This document shows, piece after piece, positions 1 to 9,864 of a stretch of 64,000 nt of DNA. The DNA comes from Vulcanimicrobiota bacterium (lineage in GTDB: Bacteria > Vulcanimicrobiota > Vulcanimicrobiia > Vulcanimicrobiales > Vulcanimicrobiaceae), in contig CAWGBN010000008.1 of the NCBI GenBank assembly GCA_963820825.1, forward strand, positions 480,001 to 544,000, written 5' to 3'. Under the pieces are notes generated by a model that searched no databases, was not told the origin of the DNA, and worked only from the letters and a program-made list of their open reading frames with translations. Within the stretch, counting starts at the first letter, position 1. Each line of letters begins with the position of its first letter. The translations under genes and the position numbers were made by a program.

Positions 1-2
1 GG

Positions 3-1595
3 CCGCTCTTCTCGCCGGATACGCGTTTCTGGCCCGCGGCGCATTTCGATCTCGCGGCCTCGGCCGCAGCACGGCCGAAACCGCGCGCCGATATCTACGG
101 ACTTGCCAGCATCGGCGAGGACCGAATGCTCGTGCAACAAGCCAACGGCACGTTCTTGCCGATGAACACGCGCTGGTACGGCGGCGACGTGAGCTACCCG
201 CTGACCCCGACGATTCGCTTCGTCGGCACGCTGAACCCCGATTTCTCGAACGTCGAGATCGACCAGCAGACGATCGCGCCGCAAGAGTTCCAACGCCAGC
301 TCGTCGAGTACCGCCCGTTCTTCGCCCAAGGCGCGGCCTACATCAATGCCGATTCGAGCGTCCGCGCGCCGGCCGGAACGAACGTGCAGGCGCCCTATCT
401 CGTCTTTTACTCGCCCTCAGTCGGGCCGTTCGACAGCGGCGGCAAGGTCGAGGGTACCTTCGACGAGAGCGCCTTCGGTGCGCTCACCTTTCACGGCTAC
501 GACGCGACGACGAACAACACGTTCAGCGATTCGGCCTACGGTTATCAGCACGCACTTCCCGGCGGCGCCTTTACCTATTGGAGCGACGGCGTCTTTGCCA
601 ACCATAGTATCGCGGGATGGGACAACACCGTCGAGAACGGCTTCGAAGTACGCAACCTTCAGAACGGCATGATCTACTTCGGCGACTATTCGTTCGAAAA
701 GGGCTCCTGGGTCCCGCAAGGGCACGCCGATCTCGCCCAGTTCTTCGTCGACCGCCACAAGGGAAACTTCGAACTCAACGGCGGCTACCTCGACATCTCG
801 CCGAACTACAATCCGATCGACGGCTACACCGCCAACTCCGACATCCGCGGCCCGCAGTTCTTCACCGACTACGCCGGATCGACGCCGGCGATCAAAAACT
901 ACTCGTTCTTCTTCACCGCAGACCGCTTCGTCGACGATTCCGGCGCGGTGCACCAAGCCGACGTCCAATATTTCATCAGTGCGGTCTTTAAGAATCAGTT
1001 CTCGCTCAACGGCGCGGGCGAGGCGGTCGGCCAACTACGTTCGTACGCGATTCCCGAAGGCCCGGGCTGCACCGGCCCGATTCTCTATCAGTCGAGCTTT
1101 ACCGGATATCCGTGCTACCTCGACGGCGTGACGCAGCCGTTCAATCTCTATCAGATTCCGGTCGGCTATCGCGACGGGACGCCCACGCCGATCGACGTCA
1201 ACTATTCGTGGGGCCCGTTCGGCGACGACTACGTGCACCTCTTTACCATCGTCACGAGCCGTCCGCTCCTGCGTGGTTTGACGCTCGGCTTGGAGTACGA
1301 CGGCACGTATCAGCGCGCATTCTCTAACGGCGCGCTCGACTCGCAATGGCTGCGCCGCATCTCGCTCGGGTACGACATCACCAGCGAGAGCACGGCCAGC
1401 CTCGAGCTGCGCGACATCAACGGCTACGGCGGCTTCGCAACGCAGATCGGCAACAACTTAGCCGTTGCATACCATCAGCGATTCGCGGCCGGCAATGAGC
1501 TCTACGTCAACTTCGGAAGCCCCGCGGCCGGCGCCACGCTAAATCGCCTCATCGTAAAGTTCGTCTTCCACGCCGGAGCCGACGCCGGAACGTAG
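3..1595 (+). CDS. DUF5916-like outer-membrane/carbohydrate-binding family protein, 5' part outside window
   Basis: Frame open from base 3 through the 126..1595 ORF; motif TLNPDFSNVEIDQQ...EYRPFFAQG resembles DUF5916; beta-strand-rich C-terminus. Confidence 0.6.
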   Translation, partial: PLFSPDTRFWPAAHFDLAASAAARPKPRADIYGLASIGEDRMLVQQANGTFLPMNTRWYGGDVSYPLTPTIRFVGTLNPDFSNVEIDQQTIAPQEFQRQLVEYRPFFAQGAAYINADSSVRAPAGTNVQAPYLVFYSPSVGPFDSGGKVEGTFDESAFGALTFHGYDATTNNTFSDSAYGYQHALPGGAFTYWSDGVFANHSIAGWDNTVENGFEVRNLQNGMIYFGDYSFEKGSWVPQGHADLAQFFVDRHKGNFELNGGYLDISPNYNPIDGYTANSDIRGPQFFTDYAGSTPAIKNYSFFFTADRFVDDSGAVHQADVQYFISAVFKNQFSLNGAGEAVGQLRSYAIPEGPGCTGPILYQSSFTGYPCYLDGVTQPFNLYQIPVGYRDGTPTPIDVNYSWGPFGDDYVHLFTIVTSRPLLRGLTLGLEYDGTYQRAFSNGALDSQWLRRISLGYDITSESTASLELRDINGYGGFATQIGNNLAVAYHQRFAAGNELYVNFGSPAAGATLNRLIVKFVFHAGADAGT

Positions 1596-1605
1596 GCCGG
1601 AATCG

Positions 1606-2316
1606 CTACTCGAGCAGTTTGACTTCGCCGGTTCCGAGCAAATAGACGCCGCCGGCGATCAGCACGTGACCCGACTGCACGCCTTGCGCGAGGGTCGGCG
1701 ATTCCGTCTTGAGCGCCTCGACGGCGGCAAGCGTGTTTGCGTCGATGGCATCCATCATGCTGCCGCGCTTCTTGACGACGCCTTCGATGCCCGGAGCGAT
1801 GAGCTGCTCGATCGTCGAAAGATGGGGCGGAAGCGATTTACCGGTCTCAACCGCCGAATAGACGGCTTTGACCGCGCCGCAGTTCTGATGGCCGAGCACG
1901 ATCACGAGCCTGGTTCCAAGGTGTTCGATGGCATACTCGAGCGACGCGATGACGAGGTCGTCCGGGTAGTTTCCAGCGACGCGGGCCACGAAGAGATCGC
2001 CGATCCCCGAAACGAAGATCAGATTCGGAATTACGCGAGAGTCCGAACAACCGAGAACCGCCGCATAGGGCGCTTGGGTATCCGAGAGCAGCTCGCGTTT
2101 CTCGGCGGCGCGGCTCTGCGTGGGAAAGTCGTTGTTTACGAAGCGCTTGTTGCCGGCCATCAACTGCCCGAGGAGGCGCTGCGCCGAAGCCGGAGAGCCC
2201 GTCGCACTTGCGGCCGGCGCCGCCGCGACGGCACGTTCGGTGAGCCCGGCGCCCAGCGCCGCGGCGGAGCCCGCCAAAAAAGCGGCGCGGTTGAGATCGA
2301 AACGTTCGTTGCTCAT
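1606..2316 (-). CDS. Beta-class carbonic anhydrase with N-terminal export signal
   Basis: GCSDSRV, RVAGN and GHQNCGAV zinc motifs; Tat-like NRAAFL followed by an Ala-rich hydrophobic stretch. Confidence 0.92.
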   Translation of the reverse strand: MSNERFDLNRAAFLAGSAAALGAGLTERAVAAAPAASATGSPASAQRLLGQLMAGNKRFVNNDFPTQSRAAEKRELLSDTQAPYAAVLGCSDSRVIPNLIFVSGIGDLFVARVAGNYPDDLVIASLEYAIEHLGTRLVIVLGHQNCGAVKAVYSAVETGKSLPPHLSTIEQLIAPGIEGVVKKRGSMMDAIDANTLAAVEALKTESPTLAQGVQSGHVLIAGGVYLLGTGEVKLLE

Positions 2317-2317
2317 G

Positions 2318-3832
2318 TCAGTTCTTGTTCGGCGTCAGGAACATGCGGCCATGCGGATAGTCGAAGACGAAATCGAATCGCTTCAAGAAATCGAAGCCGA
2401 GCAGCATATAGTTCGATCCAAAATCGGCGCCGCAGACCTCTTGATCGGAGTAGGTAATCGGCCCGATCGCAAGACTTTCGAGCGCGGAACATCCCTCGGA
2501 ATATTCCATCAAATGGTGCTTCTTTGCCAGATCGACGCTCATGAAGACGACCCCGGGATTACCGGTGTCGAGCATCGCGTTGACCGGAATCGATTTGTTG
2601 AGCGTCATCGGAATTGCCGGGGCACCCTCGGAGAGATCCACGATCAACTGCAACCCGGGCTGCGCCGAGAGGTCGGTGGACGGGTCGAGGACCGTCATCT
2701 TCGAACCGTAGACGTCGAGCTTAACGATCGTGCCTGCGAAGAGATCGTAACCGATCAGACCGTCCAAACCCTCGGCATCGAGACCGCGATACGTACCGAG
2801 TACGCTCGTGTGGAAATCCTGCGAGTAGACGATCGGCGTGTGGAGAGTTGCGCCGCCAAAAGCGATCGTGTCGACGCGCCGGACGCGGGTCGGCACCGTT
2901 CCGTACATCGTGTCGAAGTCGGTGCTCGCCTTGAGCTCGGTCGCCTTCGCGCGATCGGCGAAACGGTCGTCGAGGATGATTGCGTCGGCGCCGGTGTCGA
3001 GGATGAACCGGCCTTTGACGCCGTTGACCGTCGCGTCTACCAGCATTCGCTCGTGCGTCATGGTGATTGGAAACGGATCGGTCGACGCGAACGTCCACGA
3101 TGCGGTAGGCACCGGCGGATGGAGATCTTGAGCCGAAACGGCGACGTTCGGCTCGATGGCATCGTACGAGGTGACCGCCTTGCCGTCGTCGATCGTGTAC
3201 GAGCCGATCATCTTCCTACCGGGACGGATATCGTTGTAGGATCGGATGTGGTACGTCGTCTCGTACGAGCCGCCCGGGTCGATCGTGGCTTGAACGTAGG
3301 CTCCGGTATCGGGATCGATGACGCAATCGATCGGATCCGCGTTCTCCAGCGTCACGCGCACGACTTTGAGCGCCTTTCCGTTGACGGTCTTATCGCTCTG
3401 CATCGTTGCAGGCAGCTCCGTCGTACCTTCGGAGCGGAGAATCGATAGCGAGGCCAAGTATTTGGCGTAGTCACCGTAGACCGGCGTCGGGAAGCCGTTG
3501 ACGTCGGCGCGCCAGAAGATGTTGCCGGTATATCCGGTGTGGACGGTAGCGTTCGCGTGGTCGACCAGCGTGTACGAGGTATGATACGCAACGCCTTGCG
3601 AGACCGTTACGAAGGTCTCGGTTTGCTTGCCCTTCTGATCGACGACGTGACCGGTGATGCGCATGCTGGTGAACGTTCCGTCACCGAACTGCCAGCCCAC
3701 GTACGCGCGATGTTTGGCCAGTAGCGCCGTCGCAGCGGCGTCCGGACTCGGCGCTTGCGCGCGCAGCGGCGTCGCGACGGCACCCGCCAGCGCGAGCGTT
3801 ACAAGGAGGACCGCTACCTTGCGCGTCTCCAC
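2318..3832 (-). CDS. Secreted aspartyl protease (two retropepsin-like domains)
   Basis: FILDTGA and AMLDTGN motifs, GLIGYDLF and LLGFDFL; GTG at 3832 gives a signal peptide (VAVLLVTLALAGAVA...AQA). Confidence 0.8.
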   Translation of the reverse strand: METRKVAVLLVTLALAGAVATPLRAQAPSPDAAATALLAKHRAYVGWQFGDGTFTSMRITGHVVDQKGKQTETFVTVSQGVAYHTSYTLVDHANATVHTGYTGNIFWRADVNGFPTPVYGDYAKYLASLSILRSEGTTELPATMQSDKTVNGKALKVVRVTLENADPIDCVIDPDTGAYVQATIDPGGSYETTYHIRSYNDIRPGRKMIGSYTIDDGKAVTSYDAIEPNVAVSAQDLHPPVPTASWTFASTDPFPITMTHERMLVDATVNGVKGRFILDTGADAIILDDRFADRAKATELKASTDFDTMYGTVPTRVRRVDTIAFGGATLHTPIVYSQDFHTSVLGTYRGLDAEGLDGLIGYDLFAGTIVKLDVYGSKMTVLDPSTDLSAQPGLQLIVDLSEGAPAIPMTLNKSIPVNAMLDTGNPGVVFMSVDLAKKHHLMEYSEGCSALESLAIGPITYSDQEVCGADFGSNYMLLGFDFLKRFDFVFDYPHGRMFLTPNKN

Positions 3833-3879
3833 GGCTGCATACGTTTCTACGGAAACACCAGGTTTCCGCTCGCCTGCTG

Positions 3880-4407
3880 CTAGACCGTCCGGTCGTACTG
3901 CAGCGTGCCGGTCGTAAGGATTCGCACGCCGGGCGTCGGGCGGTGCGGCTGCGGTGCGCCGGTATGCATGAGATGTACGACGTCGACCCCGTGCAGCAGA
4001 ACGAGGGCGTCGGCGATGAGCCGCCGGTGGCATCGCCACCAGAGCGTCTCCGAACACATAATCGCGGTTGCGCGATCGCCGGCCTGCGCGAGCACTCCGG
4101 CGAGCGCAGCGGCAAAGGCCGGCGTCTGCATGTAGTCGGCGTATCCGCGGAAGGCGGGATGACGCAGCGCGACGTTCGGGCTATCGGGACTCGGCTTACG
4201 GAAACCGCCGAGCTCGCGCCGCCATTCGTAGCTCGCCCCGGAGAGGTCGGGCACCCACTGCGCCATTACGTCGGCCCAGACGTGCGGATGGGCCCGGCTC
4301 TTCGGGACGCTGCGGACATCGATGACGGCCTGCACCCCGGCACCGCGAATCAGCGCCGCGAGCTCGACTTCGCCGGCGGTTCCATGGCCGAAGGTGTAAA
4401 TTCTCAC
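3880..4407 (-). CDS. DUF488 family protein
   Basis: IYTFGHG, DVRSVPKS, GYADYM, AIMCSETLWWRCHRRLIAD motifs. Confidence 0.9.
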   Translation of the reverse strand: MRIYTFGHGTAGEVELAALIRGAGVQAVIDVRSVPKSRAHPHVWADVMAQWVPDLSGASYEWRRELGGFRKPSPDSPNVALRHPAFRGYADYMQTPAFAAALAGVLAQAGDRATAIMCSETLWWRCHRRLIADALVLLHGVDVVHLMHTGAPQPHRPTPGVRILTTGTLQYDRTV

Positions 4408-4421
4408 GCGCGAATCCTACG

Positions 4422-4601
4422 TTAGATCGTTCGGCTATCGTATGCCCAATGGAACACGGCTTGACGCTGCCGCCGGCCGGGCATCGCTTTCGGCGTGAGC
4501 TGCGGAGCGAAGTCCGCAGCGGTGTTCCGGCCAACCGGCTGGGTTCGATAGTAGACGTAACCGCGTTGCATCTTGTCGTTGACGACGACGCGCGTCTTCA
4601 C
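4422..4601 (-). pseudogene. Internally deleted copy of a conserved hypothetical protein
   Basis: N-terminal VNDKMQRGYVY...PQLTPKAM joined directly to C-terminal RQRQAVFHWAYDSRTI; as I recall the family, it is ~170 aa with a central GVFGG...GWFQWYCRY core that is absent here. Confidence 0.55.
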
Positions 4602-4672
4602 GACAACCCGCTTCTCACCTCGCGCGCCGGCCCCTGGGAGTCGACGGGCGAAGGGCGAAGGCTCGTCGCATC

Positions 4673-5788
4673 GTGAAGCCTCGGCCCTTCGCACTCGAAC
4701 GATTCTTCGCGCGCTACGAGTTTCGCGCGCGATACCTGCTCTGCGCCAGCGATCCCGAGTCGATGCCGGTACGCGAGTTGCTCGCGCTCGAGCCGGAGGC
4801 GGAGAGGCGACTGTTGCAACTGCGCCTGAACTATACCGAAACGACGGGAAGCGAGGCGCTGCGGGGCGCAATCGCATCGCTCTACGCTCACGGCGACCCC
4901 GGCACGATTCTGGCAAACAGCGGCTCCGAAGAGGCGATCTTCGTCTTCTTCAACGCCGTGTTGGAGCCGGGCGACCACGCAATCGTGCAGTTTCCCGCGT
5001 ACCAATCGCACTACTCGCTCCCCGAAGCGCTCGGCGCCGAGGTGACGCGCTGGAACTGCGACCTCGACGGATCGGGTGCGCCCGACGTCGACGAGCTGCA
5101 AGCGATGCTCCGGCCGCAAACGCGCGCGATCGTCTTAACGACGCCGAATAATCCGACCGGCTATGCCTTCGATCGCGCGCAGCTCGAGGCGATCGTCGCG
5201 ATGGCACGGCGGCACGGCATCTGGCTCTTGGGCGATGAGGTCTACCGCGGAACCGAACGCGAGGGCGAGCGCGCTCCGTCGGTCTGCGACCTCTACGAAC
5301 GCGGCGTCTCGCTCGGCGGCCTCTCGAAGGCGTACGGACTCGCCGGCTTGCGCATCGGTTGGACCGCAACGCAGGACGCCGCGCTGCGCGAGCGCATGGC
5401 CGCGTTCAAGGATTATTTGAGCATCTGCAACTCGGCGCCGAGCGAGCTGCTCGCCGAGCTGGCCCTGCGTCACAGCGAGCGGCTCGTCGAACGCGTTCGG
5501 GCGATCGTCGCGCGGAACTTGGATCTCCTCGACGAATTCTTTGTACGGCGCGCGCGGTTCTTCGCCTGGCGGCGCCCCCGTGCCGGAACGACCGCCTTTC
5601 CGCGCTATCTGGGCGGCAGCAGCGAAGCGTTCTGCCGCGAGCTCGTCGAACGCGCGGGCGTTCTGCTGCTGCCGAGTGCGCTCTTCGATGCCGGCGACGC
5701 GCACGTGCGTTTCGGATACGGCCGAGCGAATCTCCCCGAAGCGCTCGGCGCGCTCGACACGTTCCTGACCGAAAAGGAGCCATCGTGA
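4673..5788 (+). CDS. PLP-dependent aminotransferase class I/II
   Basis: TPNNPTG, DEVY, SKAYGLAGLRIGW motifs. Confidence 0.92.
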   Translation: MKPRPFALERFFARYEFRARYLLCASDPESMPVRELLALEPEAERRLLQLRLNYTETTGSEALRGAIASLYAHGDPGTILANSGSEEAIFVFFNAVLEPGDHAIVQFPAYQSHYSLPEALGAEVTRWNCDLDGSGAPDVDELQAMLRPQTRAIVLTTPNNPTGYAFDRAQLEAIVAMARRHGIWLLGDEVYRGTEREGERAPSVCDLYERGVSLGGLSKAYGLAGLRIGWTATQDAALRERMAAFKDYLSICNSAPSELLAELALRHSERLVERVRAIVARNLDLLDEFFVRRARFFAWRRPRAGTTAFPRYLGGSSEAFCRELVERAGVLLLPSALFDAGDAHVRFGYGRANLPEALGALDTFLTEKEPS

Positions 5789-6381
5789 GAATACTTATCG
5801 TCGGTGCGAACGGCACCATCGGCAAGGCCGTCGCCTCGGAGCTCGCGCAACGCCACGAGATCGTCACCGCCGGACGTTCCAGCGGCGACCTGCGGGTGGA
5901 CATCGCCGATCCGCAGAGCATCGCCGCGATGTTCGCGCAAACGGGAAGACTCGGCGCGGTCGCCTGCGCCGCCGGCAACGTGCACTTCGGGCCGCTCGAC
6001 TCGATGACGCCCGAGCAATTCGACGTGGGCCTGCGCGACAAGTTGATGGGGCAGGTCAATCTCGTGCTCGGCGGACGCGCGTTCGTCGAAGCTGGCGGTT
6101 CGTTCACGCTGATCGCGGGGATCCTCTCGCGGGATCCGATACGATTCGGCGCCTCCGCATCGATGGTCAACGGCGCGATCGAGAGCTTCGTGCGCGCTGC
6201 GGCGATCGAGCTTACGCCGCATCGCGTCAACGCCGTCAGCCCGACGGTACTCGAAGAATCGATGGACGCGTACGGTTCGTACTTTCCCGGATTCGAAGCC
6301 GTGGCGGTGCATCGCGTCGCGCTCGCCTACTCCAAGAGCATCGAGGGCGCGCAGACCGGCCAAGTCTACCGCGTACCTTAG
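5785..6381 (+). CDS. Short-chain dehydrogenase/reductase
   Basis: GTG in GTGA overlap with upstream stop, AAGGAG SD; ILIVGANGTIG Rossmann motif, DKLMGQVNL, RVNAVSP. Confidence 0.88.
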   Translation: MRILIVGANGTIGKAVASELAQRHEIVTAGRSSGDLRVDIADPQSIAAMFAQTGRLGAVACAAGNVHFGPLDSMTPEQFDVGLRDKLMGQVNLVLGGRAFVEAGGSFTLIAGILSRDPIRFGASASMVNGAIESFVRAAAIELTPHRVNAVSPTVLEESMDAYGSYFPGFEAVAVHRVALAYSKSIEGAQTGQVYRVP

Positions 6382-6409
6382 ATGACACCGGCGGCGACGT
6401 GGCGTAAGC

Positions 6410-7414
6410 ATGCTTATGAACGGTAGAACGATCGGCAGCGGCGCGCTGACGTGCTGCATGTTACTCTTGGCCGGGTGTGGCGGATCGAACGCAACGGCGA
6501 GTACCGGCGCGCTCGTGCCCGCTTCCGCGAACGCCGGAGGCCACTTCCGGAGCTGGATTTCGCCCGAAGCGAAACGCGCGAAAGAGCTGCTCTACGTCGC
6601 CGATCCCACGGGAAGTCCGTCGTTCAGCGGACACATCGACATCTTCGAGATGCACGGCGTCACGTCGTCGTACGTCGGCTCGATCCTCGATACCGAGGAT
6701 CCCAACGGTATGACCACCGATGCCGCGGGCAATCTCTACGTAACCGACCTCGGGGTCGCGACCGAAGGCCCGGGCATCGGTGACATCAAGGTCTATCCGA
6801 AGGGTTCGACCAGCTACTCGCGCCTGATCGTACCGGCCGACTGGGTTCCCTTCGACATCGCCGTCGGCCGTGACGGAACCATGGACGTTGCGAATATCGC
6901 GCCGGTCGGCTACTTCAATCCCGGCTCCGTCTCGGTCTATCCGCCCGGCGCGAGCCAGCCGAAGCGCGTGCTGCAGCTCAATAACTTTCAGGTCGACGGC
7001 ATAACGCGTCACGCGCAGACATCGACGATCTACATCTCGTATCAGACGAATTCCGGTAACGGACGGATCGCCGAGTTCAAGCGCGCGCGCGGCGAAGCGG
7101 TCGATTTGGGCGTCTCGTTTCCCGAGCCGTGGGGGCTACTCGAAGACGGCAACGATAATCTGCTTGCCGCCGTCGGCAGCGGCACGATCGACGTCTACTC
7201 GGAGGCGACGAAGCAGCTCGTTTCGCAGATCGCCGTTCCCAACGGCGCGATGTGGGAAGCCTTCAACCGCAAACGAACCCATCTCTTCGTTTCGAACTTC
7301 GACCAAGTCGAGATTCTGAGCTATCCGGCCGGGAGAGTCATCGGAACGGTCAACCACGACTACAGCAAGTCGAACTATCCGACCGGAGTCGCCGTTTGGC
7401 CGCCGCCGCAGTAA
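6410..7414 (+). CDS. Secreted NHL-type beta-propeller lipoprotein
   Basis: Lipobox LLAGC; SWISPEAK...LLYVAD; repeated P.G...D..GNLYV blades. Confidence 0.72.
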   Translation: MLMNGRTIGSGALTCCMLLLAGCGGSNATASTGALVPASANAGGHFRSWISPEAKRAKELLYVADPTGSPSFSGHIDIFEMHGVTSSYVGSILDTEDPNGMTTDAAGNLYVTDLGVATEGPGIGDIKVYPKGSTSYSRLIVPADWVPFDIAVGRDGTMDVANIAPVGYFNPGSVSVYPPGASQPKRVLQLNNFQVDGITRHAQTSTIYISYQTNSGNGRIAEFKRARGEAVDLGVSFPEPWGLLEDGNDNLLAAVGSGTIDVYSEATKQLVSQIAVPNGAMWEAFNRKRTHLFVSNFDQVEILSYPAGRVIGTVNHDYSKSNYPTGVAVWPPPQ

Positions 7415-8970
7415 TGCCGCCGCGATCCGCAACGCCCGGTTTGAGCCGCGGCGCGCAGTGGGCGGCGTGGAGCGTCGCCGCCATCGTCGCGATCGTCCAT
7501 CTCGCGGTCGCGCCGCAGTACGGCATCTTTCGCAACGAACTCTACTTCATCGTCTGCGGACGCCATCCGGCCTTCGGCTACGTCGATCAGCCGCCGCTCG
7601 TGCCGTTGCTCGCGGCGCTCACGCAAGCTGCCGGCGTCAACGCGTGGCTGCTGCGGATTCCGGCGATCCTCGCCGCGGCATTCTTGGTGCCGGTCACCGT
7701 CGCGCTGGCACAGCTGCTCGGCGCGACCACGCGCGGCGCATGGCTCGCCGCCGTCGCCGCCGCGAGTGCAACGCTCGTCACCGCGATGACCGCGACGCTC
7801 TCCACCGCAACCTTCGAGCCGATTGCCTTCACCGCGATCGCTTATTTCGTCGCACGCGCGATGCTCTACGACGAACCGCGCTCGTTTTGGTGGGCGGGCG
7901 CGATCCTGGGCGTAGCCTTCGAAGCGAGGTACGGTGCGCTCTTTTGGTACGTGGGAATCGCCATCGGGCTCTCGCTCGCCGGTCCGCGCGCGCCGCTTCG
8001 CTCGCGCGACTTCTGGATCGGCGTTCTAATCGCGGCGGTCCTCGCGCTGCCGAACGTCGCGTGGCAACTCGCCCACGGTCTGCCGTTTCTCGAGCTGGTA
8101 CGTAACGATAATAGCGGTAACTTCACCGGATCGCCGATCGCATTTACGATCGGACAGATCTTCTCGGTAAACTTCTTGCTCGCGCCGCTCTGGATTGCCG
8201 GGATCGTCGCACCCTTCGTATCGGCCCGGCTCGCCGCGTTCCGATTTCTGGCTATCGCCTTCGTTTTCGAGGCGCTCGTCATTCTCACGACGCACGGCAA
8301 GAGCTACTACATGGCCGGCGCCTATCCGGCGATGTTCGCGCTCGGCGCGGCCGCGTGCACGCGCCTTCCATCGATCCTGATCGCACTCTGGGCGGTTCTC
8401 ACAGCCGCCAACGGCGCGCTCGCGCTTCCGCTGGTCTTGCCGGTTCTTCCGCCGGCTCGACTGCAGCACATGCTCGATACCATGTCGTTCCGGCCGCCTC
8501 CGGTCGAAGCGGCGGGGATTGGGGCGCCGCTCATGCAGATGCTCTCCGACGAGTTCGGATGGCCGGAGCTCGCGCGCGACGTCGAGGCCGCATACGCGGC
8601 GCTGCCCGCCGCCGATCGCGCGAAGGCGGCGATTCTCGCATCGAATTACGGCGAAGCCGCGGCGATCGACGTCTACGGCACGAACCTTCCGCCCGCGCTG
8701 AGCGGGAATAACCAATACTACCTCTGGGGACCGCGCGGCTACGACGGATCGGTCGTCCTCGCGGTCAACGGCGACCCGAAAGGGCTATCGGCAATCTGCA
8801 ACTCCGCAACGGTCGTCGCGCGCTTCGGAACGTCGCCGTATGCGATGCCCTACGAACGCGAGCGCCCGATCGTTCTCTGCCGCGGCATGCATCCGCCGCT
8901 GCCGCAACTCTGGCCGTCCTTCAAGGTCTACGGCATCGAACGGCTCGGACGAGCTACATTTCCACCTTAA
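7414..8970 (+). CDS. GT-C membrane glycosyltransferase (family 39 / ArnT-like)
   Basis: ATG in TAATG overlap; RNELYF...GYVDQPPL, many TM segments, SNYGEAAAI, GNNQYYLWG. Confidence 0.85.
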   Translation: MPPRSATPGLSRGAQWAAWSVAAIVAIVHLAVAPQYGIFRNELYFIVCGRHPAFGYVDQPPLVPLLAALTQAAGVNAWLLRIPAILAAAFLVPVTVALAQLLGATTRGAWLAAVAAASATLVTAMTATLSTATFEPIAFTAIAYFVARAMLYDEPRSFWWAGAILGVAFEARYGALFWYVGIAIGLSLAGPRAPLRSRDFWIGVLIAAVLALPNVAWQLAHGLPFLELVRNDNSGNFTGSPIAFTIGQIFSVNFLLAPLWIAGIVAPFVSARLAAFRFLAIAFVFEALVILTTHGKSYYMAGAYPAMFALGAAACTRLPSILIALWAVLTAANGALALPLVLPVLPPARLQHMLDTMSFRPPPVEAAGIGAPLMQMLSDEFGWPELARDVEAAYAALPAADRAKAAILASNYGEAAAIDVYGTNLPPALSGNNQYYLWGPRGYDGSVVLAVNGDPKGLSAICNSATVVARFGTSPYAMPYERERPIVLCRGMHPPLPQLWPSFKVYGIERLGRATFPP

Positions 8971-9340
8971 CCAAGCCGACGGTATGGCCTTGGGGATCGC
9001 GGAAGAGACCGATCACCGGACCGTCGGGCACTTGATCGGGGCCCATCATCCGCGCTCCGCCGAGCTTTTCGATTCTCTTGAGCGCAGCAGCAACGTCGTC
9101 GACCGCGATATAGAACGTCACGTGTCCGTCGTAGCCGGCCGGCGCGCCACCGAATCCGCCGTTGATGCCGGACTTCGGCGGCTGTTCGCCGTCGGGGCTT
9201 ACCAAGTAATAATCGGGAACCCGGGCGCCACCGCGGACCGGCTGCTCGGGAATTTGCCAACCGAAGGCCTCGCGGTAGAAGCCCGCGAGTCGCTTGGGGT
9301 CGCCGCCGAGAATCTCAAAGTGAACGACTGGATTTGGCAT
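8954..9340 (-). CDS. VOC/glyoxalase family protein
   Basis: PVVHFEI...FY...FGW, YIAVDDV, FRDPQGHTVGL. Confidence 0.9.
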   Translation of the reverse strand: MPNPVVHFEILGGDPKRLAGFYREAFGWQIPEQPVRGGARVPDYYLVSPDGEQPPKSGINGGFGGAPAGYDGHVTFYIAVDDVAAALKRIEKLGGARMMGPDQVPDGPVIGLFRDPQGHTVGLVKVEM

Positions 9341-9392
9341 GATGCGCAAGATTCGGATACTTTGGCGGCGCGTTCCTCGCTAGAATTGCCCC

Positions 9393-9863
9393 ATGAACGA
9401 TTTTCGCATCACCGGACTCTCACCGGAGCCGTTTTCGCACCTCTTTGGACTCCACGACGCGCAGCTCGCCGCGCTCGGCGTTGCGCGGTACGTCGTGGAT
9501 GCGACGCCCGGGTTTCCCGACCGAATCGAGATGCGCGATCTCGAGCCGGGCGAACGCGTGCTGCTCCTCAACTACGTCCACCAACCGGGCAACTCGCCCT
9601 ATCGCTCGAGTCACGCGATCTTCATCCGCGAAGGGGCGACGGAGCGTTACGATCGCGTCAACGAGATACCCGAGGTCATGCTGATACGCCCGTTGAGCTT
9701 ACGCGCGTTCGATCGCGACGACATGATGGTCGACGCCGATCTCGCCGAGGGAGCGCAGGCCGAATCGCTCGTTCGGCGATTCTTGAGCGACCCTGGCGTC
9801 GCATACATCCACGCGCACAACGCGAAGCGCGGGTGTTACGCGGGGCACATCGAACGCGCCTAG
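9393..9863 (+). CDS. DUF1203 family protein
   Basis: PGFPDR, LLLNYVHQP, YIHAHNAKRGCY motifs. Confidence 0.88.
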   Translation: MNDFRITGLSPEPFSHLFGLHDAQLAALGVARYVVDATPGFPDRIEMRDLEPGERVLLLNYVHQPGNSPYRSSHAIFIREGATERYDRVNEIPEVMLIRPLSLRAFDRDDMMVDADLAEGAQAESLVRRFLSDPGVAYIHAHNAKRGCYAGHIERA

Positions 9864-9864
9864 G

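Noticed and set aside
2120..3448. Long opposite-strand ORFs (e.g. 2120..3448 +, 9676..10806 -, 31010..32515 +, 54350..55621 -)
   Set aside because: They are antisense shadows of motif-bearing genes, expected at high GC3, and have no recognisable motifs.
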